64,000 nt of DNA from Terracidiphilus sp. (GTDB lineage: Bacteria; Acidobacteriota; Terriglobia; Terriglobales; Acidobacteriaceae), in NCBI GenBank assembly GCA_050013735.1, contig JBEKEQ010000002.1, forward strand, positions 11,834 through 75,833. Reading direction: 5' to 3'. The position numbers and the translations under genes are program-made. Shown in pieces: positions 1 to 9,928 of this stretch. Positions within the stretch are counted from its first letter, which is position 1; each line of letters starts with the position of its first letter. Under the pieces are notes generated by a model. That model saw nothing but the letters and a program-made list of their open reading frames with translations. It did no database searches and was not told the origin of the DNA.

Positions 1-362
1 GCTTTGCGGGCATTGTGGAGCATTTTGGGCTTTACGCGGGCAGCTATGGGCTGGCACTGGAGCGGTTTTTGCTCGATCCAGTGCAGGTGGTGATTGTGGG
101 CTCGGGGCCCGACGCGGTGCGGCTTGAGGCAGCGGCGGCGGGACGGTTCGCAATCAACAGGACGGTGATGCGCAGTGACCCCTCGCAACTGGTTGCGGGC
201 GGGATTCCCGAGGCGCTGGAAGAGACATTGCTTCAGGTTCCGAAGCCGGCCGGGGCTGAGGCGTGGGCGCTGGTGTGCCGCGGGCGCACTTGCCTGCCGC
301 CCATTACCGATGCCGGGGCGCTGAGGGAAGCGCTGAAGGGCCGGCTTGAGCCCTCCGCTTGA
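1..362 (+). CDS. Thioredoxin-domain (DUF255/YyaL-like) protein, C-terminal fragment; 5' end lies outside the window
   Basis: The reading frame is open from nt 3 to the stop at 362. The C-terminal sequence (..WALVCRGRTCLPPITDAGALREAL..) resembles the C-termini of YyaL/DUF255 proteins. Recognition is from memory only. Confidence 0.5.
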   Translation, partial: FAGIVEHFGLYAGSYGLALERFLLDPVQVVIVGSGPDAVRLEAAAAGRFAINRTVMRSDPSQLVAGGIPEALEETLLQVPKPAGAEAWALVCRGRTCLPPITDAGALREALKGRLEPSA

Positions 363-503
363 GCGCTAATGCGCCCTCTCGCCGGGGAGGTTCTTCCGCT
401 GCCCTGATTCTAAAGTTTCTAGTTCCATAGAGTTTATCTCCCATTCCGCCGATAACAACTGTGCGGGTGCTCGCCGCGGGCAGTCTCTTGTCCAAGGGAA
501 GGC

Positions 504-3500
504 ATGGACAGGCACGTTTCAATCCGGGTTCTGGCATGTTTGTTGGCGCTTGCAGCCGCCGTTCAGGCGCAGCAGTATGTGTTTCACGCCTATCGGCAGG
601 CTGAGGGGTTGAAAAATCTGAATAGCAATGCGTTAGGAGCAGACAGCAAGGGGTTTTTGTGGTTGGCGACGGAGAATGGCGTCTACCGGTTCCTCGGCTC
701 CGGCTTCCAGCATTTCGGGCCCGATGAGGGAATTCCCGAGCTCAACGTTCAAGCCCTGGTTGTGGATGCAAACGATATAGTCTGGGCGGGCACGCTGGAA
801 AATCTCTACCGCTGGGACGGTGAGCGTTTTGTTCCCGCAGGGAGCCAACCGATCCACGTGTGGGCCTGGAACAGCCTGGCCGTGGAAGACGCGCGCCATC
901 TGCTGGTTGTGGATAACAAGCGGCTGTTCCGGCTGGAACACGATGAGCAAGGCCATTTGCTCTCCTATGTTCCTCTGATTCCCGCGAGCGCGGTGGCAGC
1001 CAATCCAGACCTCGAGAAAATCTCCAGCGTCAACGTGGTCAACGGGGCTCTGAATGGCGGTCAAATCTGGATTGGGTGCGGGAAAAAGCTCTATTCCTTT
1101 GTGGAGCGGAGGCCGGGGGAGCGGATTGAAGCGCCGGGCGGCACGCTGGCCGAGTGGAACAAGGAAAAGGGACTTGCTGAAGACAGGTGGGACAGCGTCC
1201 TGATGGACCGTGCAGGCACTTTGTGGGCAATGGGCCGGCATCACCTGGCGGTGCTGATGAAGGGGACGGAGCGGTTTGTGGATCGCAGCATCCCCGGTTC
1301 TGGTATGGGAAACGCGTATCGCCACGGCCCGTTGATCGAAGACCGGGAGGGACGGATTCTGGCTACGTTCGAGGACGGGATTGCTCGCTGGGACAGCAAA
1401 GGCTGGCGGATCATCGGACGAGCGAACGGACTGCAATTGAGCGATCATGTTGAAGGGATGGTGTTTGACGAGGCAGGCGACCTGTGGCTTGCCACGCTTG
1501 GCAGCGGACTCTACAGCTGGGTGGGCTATGAGGGCTGGGAGGGCTGGAGCGATGACCAGGGCCTGCCTTCGGCCATGGTTTGGACCATCATTCCTTCCCG
1601 CGACAAGCGCGTGTTTATTGGAACGGAAAAGGGGCCGGCATGGGTCGATCCCGGCAGCGGCTCGTCTGGCCCGCTGTTTGCCTCACGCCGGTGGACCTTC
1701 GGGCAAATGGACTCATTGGGCTTCAATCCGGACGGCACTCTGTGGGCGGGAACGTTTTCCACTTCGGTGCTTCATATCGATCCGAAGACCGGCAAGACGG
1801 AGCAAACCGGAAAGTTGCCGGCATTTATCACGCGTGCAGTGTCTGACGCATCGGGACGGGTGTTTTTTACCACCGATGCGGGCATTTACGAGCGCGAGCC
1901 AGGCGATCAGAAGGCTGTGCCTCACCGTGTGAAAGCCGTGGATGCGTTCCTGCCGCCATCCACGCAAGTGGACGCGACGTGTATCACGGCGAACGGCACG
2001 TTCTGGTTCCTGGCCAAAAACCGCCTGCTGCGGTTTGAAGACGGTCGCTGGACCGAGCCGCCGGTGGATGGCATGACAAAGCTGAACGGCCCTCTGCTCG
2101 ATATCACCTGCGCTCCGGACGGCAACCTTTGGGTTACCGGCGACCGGGCAGGCACGTGGCGCCTGACCGTTGGCGGGGGCAGGCTTGAAGCATGGCAGTT
2201 GGTGCTGCCACAGGAGCTGCGTTCGCTGGGTACGCTGGCGGTGCTTTCAGATCGCCGGGGATGGGTTTGGCTGGGCACGGATGCTGGATTAGTGGTGTGG
2301 AACGGGCTAAGCTGGCGCCACCTGACCCAGGAGTCCGGCCTGATTTGGAACGATGTGAATCAAGGTGTGATGCTCAACGACTCCGACGGCTCGCTGTGGA
2401 TTGGAACCAGCGACGGGCTGGCGCACCTGCTTCATCCGGAGCGTGTCTTCGATCCGATTCCACTGGCCGTCTCGGTGACCGGAATCCGGCGTGGAGACAG
2501 CCTTTACCCTGCCGCCCAAGAGATCACGCTGCCCTGGTCGGCAACCCCTTTGCAGCTTCAGATTCTGTCGTCGACGATGCGCAACCGCAGTGAACTGGCC
2601 TTCAAGTACCGGATGCAGGGACTGGAGCCGGATTGGGCTGAAAGCCAAAATGGGCTGGCGGTGTTTTCAGCGGTGCCGCCAGGAAATTATACCTTCGAGG
2701 CGATGGCCGGCAATTCCAGCCTGGGAGCGGAATCTGCGGCCGTCAAGGTGCGGGTGAAAATTCTTGCGCCGTGGTGGAGGAGCGACTGGTTTTATGGGCT
2801 TTGCGCCGTGGCCGTCCTGCTTTTATTTGCGGCGGTCAACCGGCTTTACGAGCGGCATCTGCGGGCCAGGAGCAGGGAACTGGAGTGCATGGTCGGGGAG
2901 CGCACGCGCGAGCTTGAGAAGAGCCGTGAGCGGTTGCGCATCCAGGCCACGCACGATGGGCTCACAGGAATGTTGAACCGCATCGCCATTTTGCGGGCGA
3001 TGACCGTGGAGATGGACCGCGCTCAGCGGGAGGATCGGACGGTGATCGTGGCGCTGATCGATCTGGACCACTTCAAGCGCATCAACGACGCATATGGGCA
3101 CCTGGCCGGCGATGAGGCGCTGCGCTGGTTTGCAGCGGCGGTAGAGACCGCCATCCGGCCTTACGATCATGCCGGCCGGTACGGCGGTGAGGAGTTCCTG
3201 CTGGTCTTGACCCAGGTTCCGCGGCAGGCAACGGAACAGCGACTGGACAGCCTGCACGCGTCGATTTCCAAGCTCCAGGTAAACTGGCGCGGCTTGCGGT
3301 TCAGAATCACCTGCAGCATGGGCGCGGTGGTCTTCGACCCGTCCGATGTATTGGCAAGCGTGGAATCGTTGCTGAGTACAGCCGACCAGGCTTTGTATGC
3401 CGCCAAGGCCGCAGGCCGGGATCGGGTGGTTCTGCAACAGGTGAATGGCATGGACGTCGATCATGAGAGCCCGGCTGAAACCCTGGCCGAAATAAGCTGA
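504..3500 (+). CDS. Sensor diguanylate cyclase: periplasmic two-component-regulator-propeller repeats plus Y_Y_Y-like region, one TM helix, GGDEF domain
   Basis: ATG at 504 is preceded by AAGGGAAGG. The protein has an N-terminal signal peptide and many propeller-type repeats (D..G.lWigT..GL). A PGNYTFEA (Y_Y_Y-like) segment is followed by a TM helix (WFYGLCAVAVLLLFAAV). The C-terminal GGDEF domain has RYGGEEF and an RPYD I-site 5 aa upstream. Confidence 0.9.
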   Translation: MDRHVSIRVLACLLALAAAVQAQQYVFHAYRQAEGLKNLNSNALGADSKGFLWLATENGVYRFLGSGFQHFGPDEGIPELNVQALVVDANDIVWAGTLENLYRWDGERFVPAGSQPIHVWAWNSLAVEDARHLLVVDNKRLFRLEHDEQGHLLSYVPLIPASAVAANPDLEKISSVNVVNGALNGGQIWIGCGKKLYSFVERRPGERIEAPGGTLAEWNKEKGLAEDRWDSVLMDRAGTLWAMGRHHLAVLMKGTERFVDRSIPGSGMGNAYRHGPLIEDREGRILATFEDGIARWDSKGWRIIGRANGLQLSDHVEGMVFDEAGDLWLATLGSGLYSWVGYEGWEGWSDDQGLPSAMVWTIIPSRDKRVFIGTEKGPAWVDPGSGSSGPLFASRRWTFGQMDSLGFNPDGTLWAGTFSTSVLHIDPKTGKTEQTGKLPAFITRAVSDASGRVFFTTDAGIYEREPGDQKAVPHRVKAVDAFLPPSTQVDATCITANGTFWFLAKNRLLRFEDGRWTEPPVDGMTKLNGPLLDITCAPDGNLWVTGDRAGTWRLTVGGGRLEAWQLVLPQELRSLGTLAVLSDRRGWVWLGTDAGLVVWNGLSWRHLTQESGLIWNDVNQGVMLNDSDGSLWIGTSDGLAHLLHPERVFDPIPLAVSVTGIRRGDSLYPAAQEITLPWSATPLQLQILSSTMRNRSELAFKYRMQGLEPDWAESQNGLAVFSAVPPGNYTFEAMAGNSSLGAESAAVKVRVKILAPWWRSDWFYGLCAVAVLLLFAAVNRLYERHLRARSRELECMVGERTRELEKSRERLRIQATHDGLTGMLNRIAILRAMTVEMDRAQREDRTVIVALIDLDHFKRINDAYGHLAGDEALRWFAAAVETAIRPYDHAGRYGGEEFLLVLTQVPRQATEQRLDSLHASISKLQVNWRGLRFRITCSMGAVVFDPSDVLASVESLLSTADQALYAAKAAGRDRVVLQQVNGMDVDHESPAETLAEIS

Positions 3501-3524
3501 AGAACCGGCGCCACGAGGGGTGAT

Positions 3525-4535
3525 TTACTCGCCGGTGAAGGGATTGCTGCTCTGCGGCTTGAGCAGGGTCGGATCGTGGGCGGGTGCGGCTTCAGGCTCT
3601 GACTTGCTGCCGGGGCTGGCCGCAATTGCGCCCGACAGATTGAAGACACGATTTGGGTCGCCGGGAAGCATGTGGTGCTCTTCCAACGCCAGGCGGACGC
3701 GGTGGCGAAACTCCCGGACGGGACCGTACTGCTGGGTGGGCAGCGTCTTGAATACAACCGGAAAAACAAGCTCCGAGCCTTTGATGGCATCCACGCCGAG
3801 GATCTGCGGATCGGCGACGAAGACCTTGCGGAATTCGTCGCTGTTGCGAATCTCCATGGCGATAGTTTTGAGCATTTCGAGCACGATGTCGGGGTTGGCC
3901 GAGAAGTCCACGCTCACGTTTACGGTGGCCACGGAATAATCGACGCTGAGGTTGGCCACGGTGGTGATCTGCGAGTTGGGAATTACGTAGAGGGTTCCGT
4001 CTCCGTCGCGCACGGTGGTTTTGCGCAGGGTCATCGCCTCCACGGTTCCTGACAGTCCAGCCAAGCGAACGGTATCTCCCACGTTGAATTGGTCTTCAAT
4101 CACGATGAGAATGCCGTTGAGCATGTCTTTGACGATATTCTGCGCGGCCAGGCCGAGGGCAACTCCCACCACGCCGGCCGAGGCCAGCAGCGGAGCCAGA
4201 TTTACGCCCAACGCGTCAAGGAACTGCATACCGGCGATGGCCAGGACGATGGCCAGACCGGTGTTGCGGATGACTCCTGCCAGCGTGGTCACCTGTGCAA
4301 CGCGCGAGGGATTCGTCGAGGCGCGCTTGGCCACGCGCTTCATGTGGAAGGTCGCAAGGCTCAGCATCCGGACGAGCAGAAAGGCGACAACGGCTATGAC
4401 CACCAGGTGCGGAAGCTTGACGCGGATGAACTCCTGGGCGTCGACGGCCCACTCGTCCAGCACCTTGCCCAAAAAGCGGCCTTCCGCGAACAAACCCGTG
4501 CGCGCCATTAAAACAAAATGAAGCCACCAAGACAT
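3525..4535 (-). CDS. Mechanosensitive ion channel (MscS family)
   Basis: TM helices are followed by the MscS beta-domain signature (..QFNVGDTVRLAGLSGTVEAMTLRKTTVRDGDGTLYVIPNSQI..). The track ORF starts at a TTG (4550). I prefer the in-frame ATG at 4535 (MSWWLHF..), but the start is uncertain. Confidence 0.85.
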   Translation of the reverse strand: MSWWLHFVLMARTGLFAEGRFLGKVLDEWAVDAQEFIRVKLPHLVVIAVVAFLLVRMLSLATFHMKRVAKRASTNPSRVAQVTTLAGVIRNTGLAIVLAIAGMQFLDALGVNLAPLLASAGVVGVALGLAAQNIVKDMLNGILIVIEDQFNVGDTVRLAGLSGTVEAMTLRKTTVRDGDGTLYVIPNSQITTVANLSVDYSVATVNVSVDFSANPDIVLEMLKTIAMEIRNSDEFRKVFVADPQILGVDAIKGSELVFPVVFKTLPTQQYGPVREFRHRVRLALEEHHMLPGDPNRVFNLSGAIAASPGSKSEPEAAPAHDPTLLKPQSSNPFTGE

Positions 4536-4642
4536 ATCAAAACCTTTCAATGTAGATTAGACTGTGCGCGGGAACCCTCAGGATGTCCGGCGAGATTCAA
4601 TTCGACTCCACGAAGTTCCGAGCGCAGCAAGGAAGGTCGTCC

Positions 4643-5068
4643 ATGCGAATGCGGCCATTCCATTCATCGAAGATCCCTCGATGGTTGCGGAACCTGCCGG
4701 CTGGGGCTCTTGTTCTGGCGCTCGCAGCGATTGTCTCTATCGTACCGGTTGTACGTGGACGGGTTCTGGAAAGCCAGGATCCGGCGCCCGCGACCGCAGC
4801 GAAGCCTGCGCAGAGCGCGAAAATCAGCGATAAAACAGAGAGTCAGCAGACCGTGCAACAAAGCGCCGATGCCGTCACTGCCGGACCGGAGAAGCAGGCT
4901 GCCGAAGAGAGCGCACGGCTTTTGAAGCTGGCCGCCGACCTGAAAGCCGAAGTGGACAAGACCACCAAAGACACCCTTTCGCTGACTGTGATTCGCAAAG
5001 CCGACGAGATTGAGCGCCTGGCGCGCAGCGTGAGAGAGAAAGCGAAACTGTCGGCGGAAGCAAAGTGA
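4643..5068 (+). CDS. Hypothetical small exported or membrane-anchored protein (paralog A)
   Basis: ATG at 4643 is preceded by AAGGAAGG. The N-terminus is basic and followed by a hydrophobic segment (LPAGALVLALAAIVSIVPVV). A low-complexity linker leads to a C-terminal helical motif shared with the next gene. Confidence 0.5.
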   Translation: MRMRPFHSSKIPRWLRNLPAGALVLALAAIVSIVPVVRGRVLESQDPAPATAAKPAQSAKISDKTESQQTVQQSADAVTAGPEKQAAEESARLLKLAADLKAEVDKTTKDTLSLTVIRKADEIERLARSVREKAKLSAEAK

Positions 5069-5118
5069 GAGAATCGCGGCAAGTTGGGGCCATGGGCAGG
5101 TTTCGAGGAGAGTCGACG

Positions 5119-5577
5119 ATGAATAATCCGCGATTTGAATGGGTGGGGCGGTTGACGGTTAGCCGGGGAGCGGGTGTGTGCCTGGCGCTGGCAGCGGCGC
5201 TTGTTCCGGCATTGCCGGGCGGCGCGCAGAACCCGCCCGCGGGGTCGCCGCAAGCGGCTGCGGGACCGTATATCTCGCGGCCGCCGAACACGCTCGGGCA
5301 ATTCGACAACGACGATCCGATCTTTACGCAAAAGCGATTGCAAGCGATGAACGCCGACCGGCAAAAGCACTTGGTGTCCGACGCGGCAAGGCTGCTGAAA
5401 TTGGCAAGCGAATTGAACGACGAGGTGCGCGGCGCGAAGAGCGATGCGCTGACACCGGCGCAGCTGCGAAAAGTGGCTGAGATTGAAAAACTTGCGCGCA
5501 GCGTAAGAGAGAAGATGACCTACACCATGGGAGATATGCCTACTCCCGGCGATGATCCCCGTCCATGGAATCGATAA
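5119..5577 (+). CDS. Hypothetical small exported protein (paralog B of the preceding gene)
   Basis: ATG at 5119 is preceded by GAGGAG. It has a signal-like segment (GAGVCLALAAALVPALPGGAQ). The C-terminal motif ARLLKLASELNDEV...EIEKLARSVREK aligns with paralog A. Confidence 0.5.
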   Translation: MNNPRFEWVGRLTVSRGAGVCLALAAALVPALPGGAQNPPAGSPQAAAGPYISRPPNTLGQFDNDDPIFTQKRLQAMNADRQKHLVSDAARLLKLASELNDEVRGAKSDALTPAQLRKVAEIEKLARSVREKMTYTMGDMPTPGDDPRPWNR

Positions 5578-5709
5578 CTCTCAGGGGAGTCTTTCCTCCC
5601 GGTTGAGCCTCAGGTCGCGATGGGCGCTGTTCGGTAACGCCGAGGATTGTTACAATCGTGGTTGGAGCATCGATTTCCCCGCAATAGAAACCCATTGAGG
5701 AGTGATGGA

Positions 5710-7914
5710 ATGGAACTGGCAGTTCCCAGCGCCGGCGCAGCCGGAACCGCTGCAGCCTCAGGCGGCCTGAGTCCTCAACAGATGGTGGAGATCTACCGGC
5801 TGATGGTGTTGTCACGCCGCGTGGACGACCGCGAAATCATGCTCAAGCGGCAGCAGAAGGTTTATTTTCAGGTTTCAGGCGCGGGCCACGAGGCGCTGCA
5901 AGTGGGCGCGGCGCTGGCCATGCGGGCCGGGTATGACTGGTTTTTCCCTTACTATCGCGACCGCGCATTGTGCCTGACGCTGGGCGTTACACCCACTGAG
6001 ATGCTGCTGCAGGCGGTGGGCGCGGCCAGCGATCCGGCCAGCGGAGGGCGGCAGATGCCCACGCACTGGAGCAGCCGTCCACTGCACATTGTGAGCACCT
6101 CTTCCTCCACCTCGACACAACTGCTGCACGCTGTGGGCTGCGCTGAGGCGGGCCGTTACTTTAGCCGTCATCCAGACGCCGCGGCAAAGGCCGAAGGCGA
6201 CTATCGCGCCTTTGAGGATGTTGAGTTTCACGGCGACGAGGTGGTTTTTACCTCGCTGGGCGAGGGGTCAACATCGCAGGGCGAGTTCTGGGAAGCGCTC
6301 AACACGGCTTCAAACAACAGGCTGCCGGTGATTTTTTGCGTGGAAGACAATGGCTATGCCATCAGCGTGCCGGTAGAAGTGAACACGCCGGGCGGGAATA
6401 TTTCGCGGCTGGTGGCCAACTTCCCGAATTTCCATTTTGAAGAGGTGGATGGGACCGACCCGGAGGCCAGCCTGCGAGCATTTGAGAGGGCGGTAGCGCA
6501 CTGCCGGGCCGGGCTGGGGCCTGCGTTTGTGCATGGCCATTGCGTGCGGCCTTATTCGCATTCGTTCTCTGACGACGACAAGATTTATCGTTCCACGGCC
6601 GAGCGCGAGGCGGACGCAATGCGCGATCCACTGGCCAAGATGCAGATGCGCCTGCTGCGCGAGGGAATCCTGACCGCGGAGCAGATCACCGCGCTGGAAC
6701 AGCAATTGGACCAGGAAGCTGCCGTGGCCGCCGAGCGGGCGCTTGAGGCGCCGCTGCCCAAGGTGGCAGATATCATGGCGCACGTGTATTCCGAAAGCCT
6801 GGACCCCACCAGCTCAGCTTTCGCTACAGAACACGCACAGGCGCCGGGCTCCGCGGGTGGGGGCAAGGCCGGCGGTGACAAAGGGGGCGGTCCGCGCACC
6901 ATGGCCGACCTCATCAACGCCTGCCTGCACGACGAGATGCGGCGCGATCCGCGCATCGTGGTCTATGGCGAGGATGTGGCCGACGCCAGCCGCGAAGAGG
7001 CGCTGGCCGAGGTCAAGGGCAAAGGCGGCGTGTTCAAGCTGACCGCGGGGCTGCAAACCGAGTTCGGGTCGGAGCGGGTATTTAACTCGCCGCTCGCAGA
7101 GGCGAATATCGTTGGCCGCGCAGTGGGCTACGCAACGCGGGGCATGAAGCCGGTGGTGGAGATCCAGTTTTTCGACTACATCTGGCCGGCCATGCATCAG
7201 ATTCACAATGAACTGGCCGTGATGCGCTGGCGGTCGAATGGCGCGTGGGCCTCTCCGGTTGTGATTCGCGCGGCCATCGGCGGATACCTTACGGGCGGGG
7301 CGATTTATCACTCGCAATCGGGCGAGTCCATCTTTACCCACATTCCGGGGCTGCGCGTGGTGTTTCCGTCGAACGCCCTCGATGCCAACGGACTGCTGCG
7401 CACCGCCATCCGTTGCGACGACCCGGTGCTGTTTCTGGAGCACAAGCGGCTGTACCGCGAAACATGGGGACGAGCGCCGTATCCGGGGCCGGAGTTTGCG
7501 ATTCCTTTCGGCAAGGCCAGGATTGTGCAAAAGGGGTCGCACATTACGCTGGTGACCTACGGCGCGGTTGTACCGCGCGCAATGCAGGCCGCGCAAAAGG
7601 CGCAACGGCAACACGGCATTGAAGTGGAGATACTCGATCTGCGCACTCTGAGTCCCTACGATTGGGAAGCCATTGCAACGTCAGTGCGCAAGACCAACAG
7701 AGTGATCGTGGCGCATGAGGATATGCTGAGCTGGGGTTACGGAGCGGAGATTGCGGCGCGGATTGGCGATGAGCTGTTCGATTCGCTCGATGCGCCGGTG
7801 CGTCGTGTGGGCGCGATGGATACCTTTGTGGCCTACCAGCCGTTGCTGGAAGATGTGATTCTGCCGCAGCCGGAGGCGATCCTCAAGGCGATCGTGGAAC
7901 TAAAGGCGTATTGA
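5710..7914 (+). CDS. 2-oxoacid (branched-chain/pyruvate type) dehydrogenase E1 component, fused alpha and beta subunits
   Basis: The N-terminal half resembles a TPP-binding E1 alpha subunit (..[11 protein letters not shown].., ..[19 protein letters not shown]..). A Gly-rich linker ([15 protein letters not shown]) follows. The C-terminal half resembles an E1 beta/transketolase-like domain (..[13 protein letters not shown].., ..[14 protein letters not shown]..). ATG at 5710 is chosen over the TTG at 5647. Confidence 0.85.
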   Translation: MELAVPSAGAAGTAAASGGLSPQQMVEIYRLMVLSRRVDDREIMLKRQQKVYFQVSGAGHEALQVGAALAMRAGYDWFFPYYRDRALCLTLGVTPTEMLLQAVGAASDPASGGRQMPTHWSSRPLHIVSTSSSTSTQLLHAVGCAEAGRYFSRHPDAAAKAEGDYRAFEDVEFHGDEVVFTSLGEGSTSQGEFWEALNTASNNRLPVIFCVEDNGYAISVPVEVNTPGGNISRLVANFPNFHFEEVDGTDPEASLRAFERAVAHCRAGLGPAFVHGHCVRPYSHSFSDDDKIYRSTAEREADAMRDPLAKMQMRLLREGILTAEQITALEQQLDQEAAVAAERALEAPLPKVADIMAHVYSESLDPTSSAFATEHAQAPGSAGGGKAGGDKGGGPRTMADLINACLHDEMRRDPRIVVYGEDVADASREEALAEVKGKGGVFKLTAGLQTEFGSERVFNSPLAEANIVGRAVGYATRGMKPVVEIQFFDYIWPAMHQIHNELAVMRWRSNGAWASPVVIRAAIGGYLTGGAIYHSQSGESIFTHIPGLRVVFPSNALDANGLLRTAIRCDDPVLFLEHKRLYRETWGRAPYPGPEFAIPFGKARIVQKGSHITLVTYGAVVPRAMQAAQKAQRQHGIEVEILDLRTLSPYDWEAIATSVRKTNRVIVAHEDMLSWGYGAEIAARIGDELFDSLDAPVRRVGAMDTFVAYQPLLEDVILPQPEAILKAIVELKAY

Positions 7915-8033
7915 TCGTTACCTTGGCGGCGACAGATTCCAGCGCCTGCCGGATACAATACAGGGATGGATTCAAGCGACCGATTCCGGCGGCCCAGGCA
8001 GGCCATTTGCGCGCGCGAGGCGAATTGACCGGC

Positions 8034-9923
8034 ATGAAGAATTTCCTCCGCCTTCTGCGCTATGGGCTGCCCTACTGGTTCCAGTGGCTGCCCGGCGTCA
8101 TGCTGCTGGCAGTGGTCGGCGTGCTTGAGACATTTCGCGTTCTGCTCCTGCAGCCCATCTTTGACCAGGTGCTCAGGCCCGACGCGCCGGAAGGCCCCAT
8201 TCTTCTCGGTCTCCACGGCAGCCGCTGGCACTTCGATCTGAGACAGCTCATTCCCCATTTCATGCACATGCACAATGCGTGGGACGTTGTGGCCACCGCG
8301 ATGGTGGTCTCCACGCTGGTCAAGGGCCTTTGCGATTACCTGGGCACTTACCTGGTAAGCTACGCCGGCTTCGGCACCATTACCGACTTACGCAATAGCC
8401 TCTACGAAGCCACGCTCCGGCGCTCCTCCAGCTTCTTTCACAAGCATGCAACGGGCACCATTCTTTCCACGCTCATCAATGACGTGGACAAGGTGCAGAA
8501 TGCGGTTAGCTCGGTGATGGGCGAGTTCCTGCAGCAGTTCTTCACCTTTATTGTCGGGCTGTTTTTCGTCGTCAAGCTTGGCGGGTATCTCAGTTGGGCG
8601 CTGTTGCTGTTTGTGCCCGTGGTGATTACCTCTTCACGCAAAATCGGCAGCGAGGTGCGTACCCGCACCCGCACCGGGCAGGACAAACTGGCTGAGATTC
8701 AGAACATTCTGCATGAAACAGTGACCGGCCACCGCATTGTGAAGGCCTTCAGCACCGAGCTGTGGGAGATTTTGCGCTTCAAGAATGCCGCGCGCCGCCT
8801 GTTCCGCGCCAACCTGCGCAGTGTGCGCATTCAGTCCATCAGCTCGCCGTTGATGGATACCATCGGCGCCATCGCGATTGCCTTGTTCCTTTGGATCGGG
8901 CGGGATGAGATTTTGCATGGCCACATGACCATGGGATTGTTTGGCGCTTTCATTATCCTGCTCTTCAAGCTTTACGATCCGGTGCGCAAGTTCGCTTACT
9001 TCTACAACAGCTTCCAGCAGGCCATGGGCGCATCGATGTCGATCTTCGGCTTCTTCGACACCAAGGACGACGTGAAGGAGCGGTCGCATGCCGTGACGCT
9101 GAGGGGCTTCTCGCAGCTTGTCCGGTTTGAAGACGTGGGCTTTTCCTACAGTACTGAAAAAGGCGAGCACCAGATTCTTCACCACGTGGATCTGGACGTG
9201 CGCGCCGGCGAAGTGCTGGCGCTGGTGGGGCCGAGCGGTGCGGGAAAATCGACGCTGGTCAACCTGATTCCGCGCTTCTTCGATGTGACTTCAGGGCGCA
9301 TTCTCATCGACGGCCACGACCTGCGCGATTTAACGCTTGGTTCGCTACGGCGGCAGGTGGCGCAGGTGACCCAGGAAACCATCCTTTTCAACGACACGGT
9401 ACGCAACAACATTGCCTACGGCAGGCCTGAAGTGCAGGCAAAGCTTGTGGAAGGCGCCGCGCGCAATGCATTGGCGCATGAATTTATTCTCGGTATGCCG
9501 CAAGGCTACAGCACGGTGATCGGCGAGAAGGGCTTTCGGCTCTCTGGCGGCGAACGTCAACGGCTGGCCATTGCCCGCGCCATCTTGAAAGATGCGCCAA
9601 TCCTGATTCTCGATGAGGCAACTTCGGCGCTGGACGCGGAAAGCGAATCGCTGGTGCAGGCCGCGCTGGCCAACCTGATGCAGGGACGCACCGTGCTGGT
9701 GATTGCGCACCGGCTTTCTACTATTCGCCGCGCCAATCGCATCGCCGTGCTGGAAGATGGACGCATCACCGCGATCGGCTCCCACGAGGAGTTGCTTACC
9801 ACTTCCGCCACGTATCAGCGGCTGTATCAACTGCAGTTCATGGACGTCCCCGAACCGCAAGATTGCGCAGCACCGGACCGGCCTCAGCTGGAACTGGCTT
9901 TGACCACCGGGCCCGAGGAGTAG
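8034..9923 (+). CDS. ABC transporter, fused permease/ATP-binding protein (MsbA-like lipid/multidrug exporter)
   Basis: A six-TM type I exporter domain is followed by an NBD with Walker A GPSGAGKST, signature LSGGERQR and Walker B ILILDEATSALD. ATG at 8034 (MKNFLRLLRY..) is preferred over the upstream extension at 7911. Confidence 0.9.
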   Translation: MKNFLRLLRYGLPYWFQWLPGVMLLAVVGVLETFRVLLLQPIFDQVLRPDAPEGPILLGLHGSRWHFDLRQLIPHFMHMHNAWDVVATAMVVSTLVKGLCDYLGTYLVSYAGFGTITDLRNSLYEATLRRSSSFFHKHATGTILSTLINDVDKVQNAVSSVMGEFLQQFFTFIVGLFFVVKLGGYLSWALLLFVPVVITSSRKIGSEVRTRTRTGQDKLAEIQNILHETVTGHRIVKAFSTELWEILRFKNAARRLFRANLRSVRIQSISSPLMDTIGAIAIALFLWIGRDEILHGHMTMGLFGAFIILLFKLYDPVRKFAYFYNSFQQAMGASMSIFGFFDTKDDVKERSHAVTLRGFSQLVRFEDVGFSYSTEKGEHQILHHVDLDVRAGEVLALVGPSGAGKSTLVNLIPRFFDVTSGRILIDGHDLRDLTLGSLRRQVAQVTQETILFNDTVRNNIAYGRPEVQAKLVEGAARNALAHEFILGMPQGYSTVIGEKGFRLSGGERQRLAIARAILKDAPILILDEATSALDAESESLVQAALANLMQGRTVLVIAHRLSTIRRANRIAVLEDGRITAIGSHEELLTTSATYQRLYQLQFMDVPEPQDCAAPDRPQLELALTTGPEE

Positions 9924-9928
9924 CACGT

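Noticed and set aside
7911-8033. N-terminal extensions in the ORF track. Examples: 7911 for the ABC exporter, 9863 for yicC, 28144 for lpxD, 27070 for the ADOP permease, 23399 for the SYLF protein and 37473 for aqpZ.
   Set aside because: The extensions overlap upstream genes or have Arg-rich, non-protein-like sequence. Internal ATG or GTG codons with purine-rich RBS-like sequences give N-termini typical of each family.
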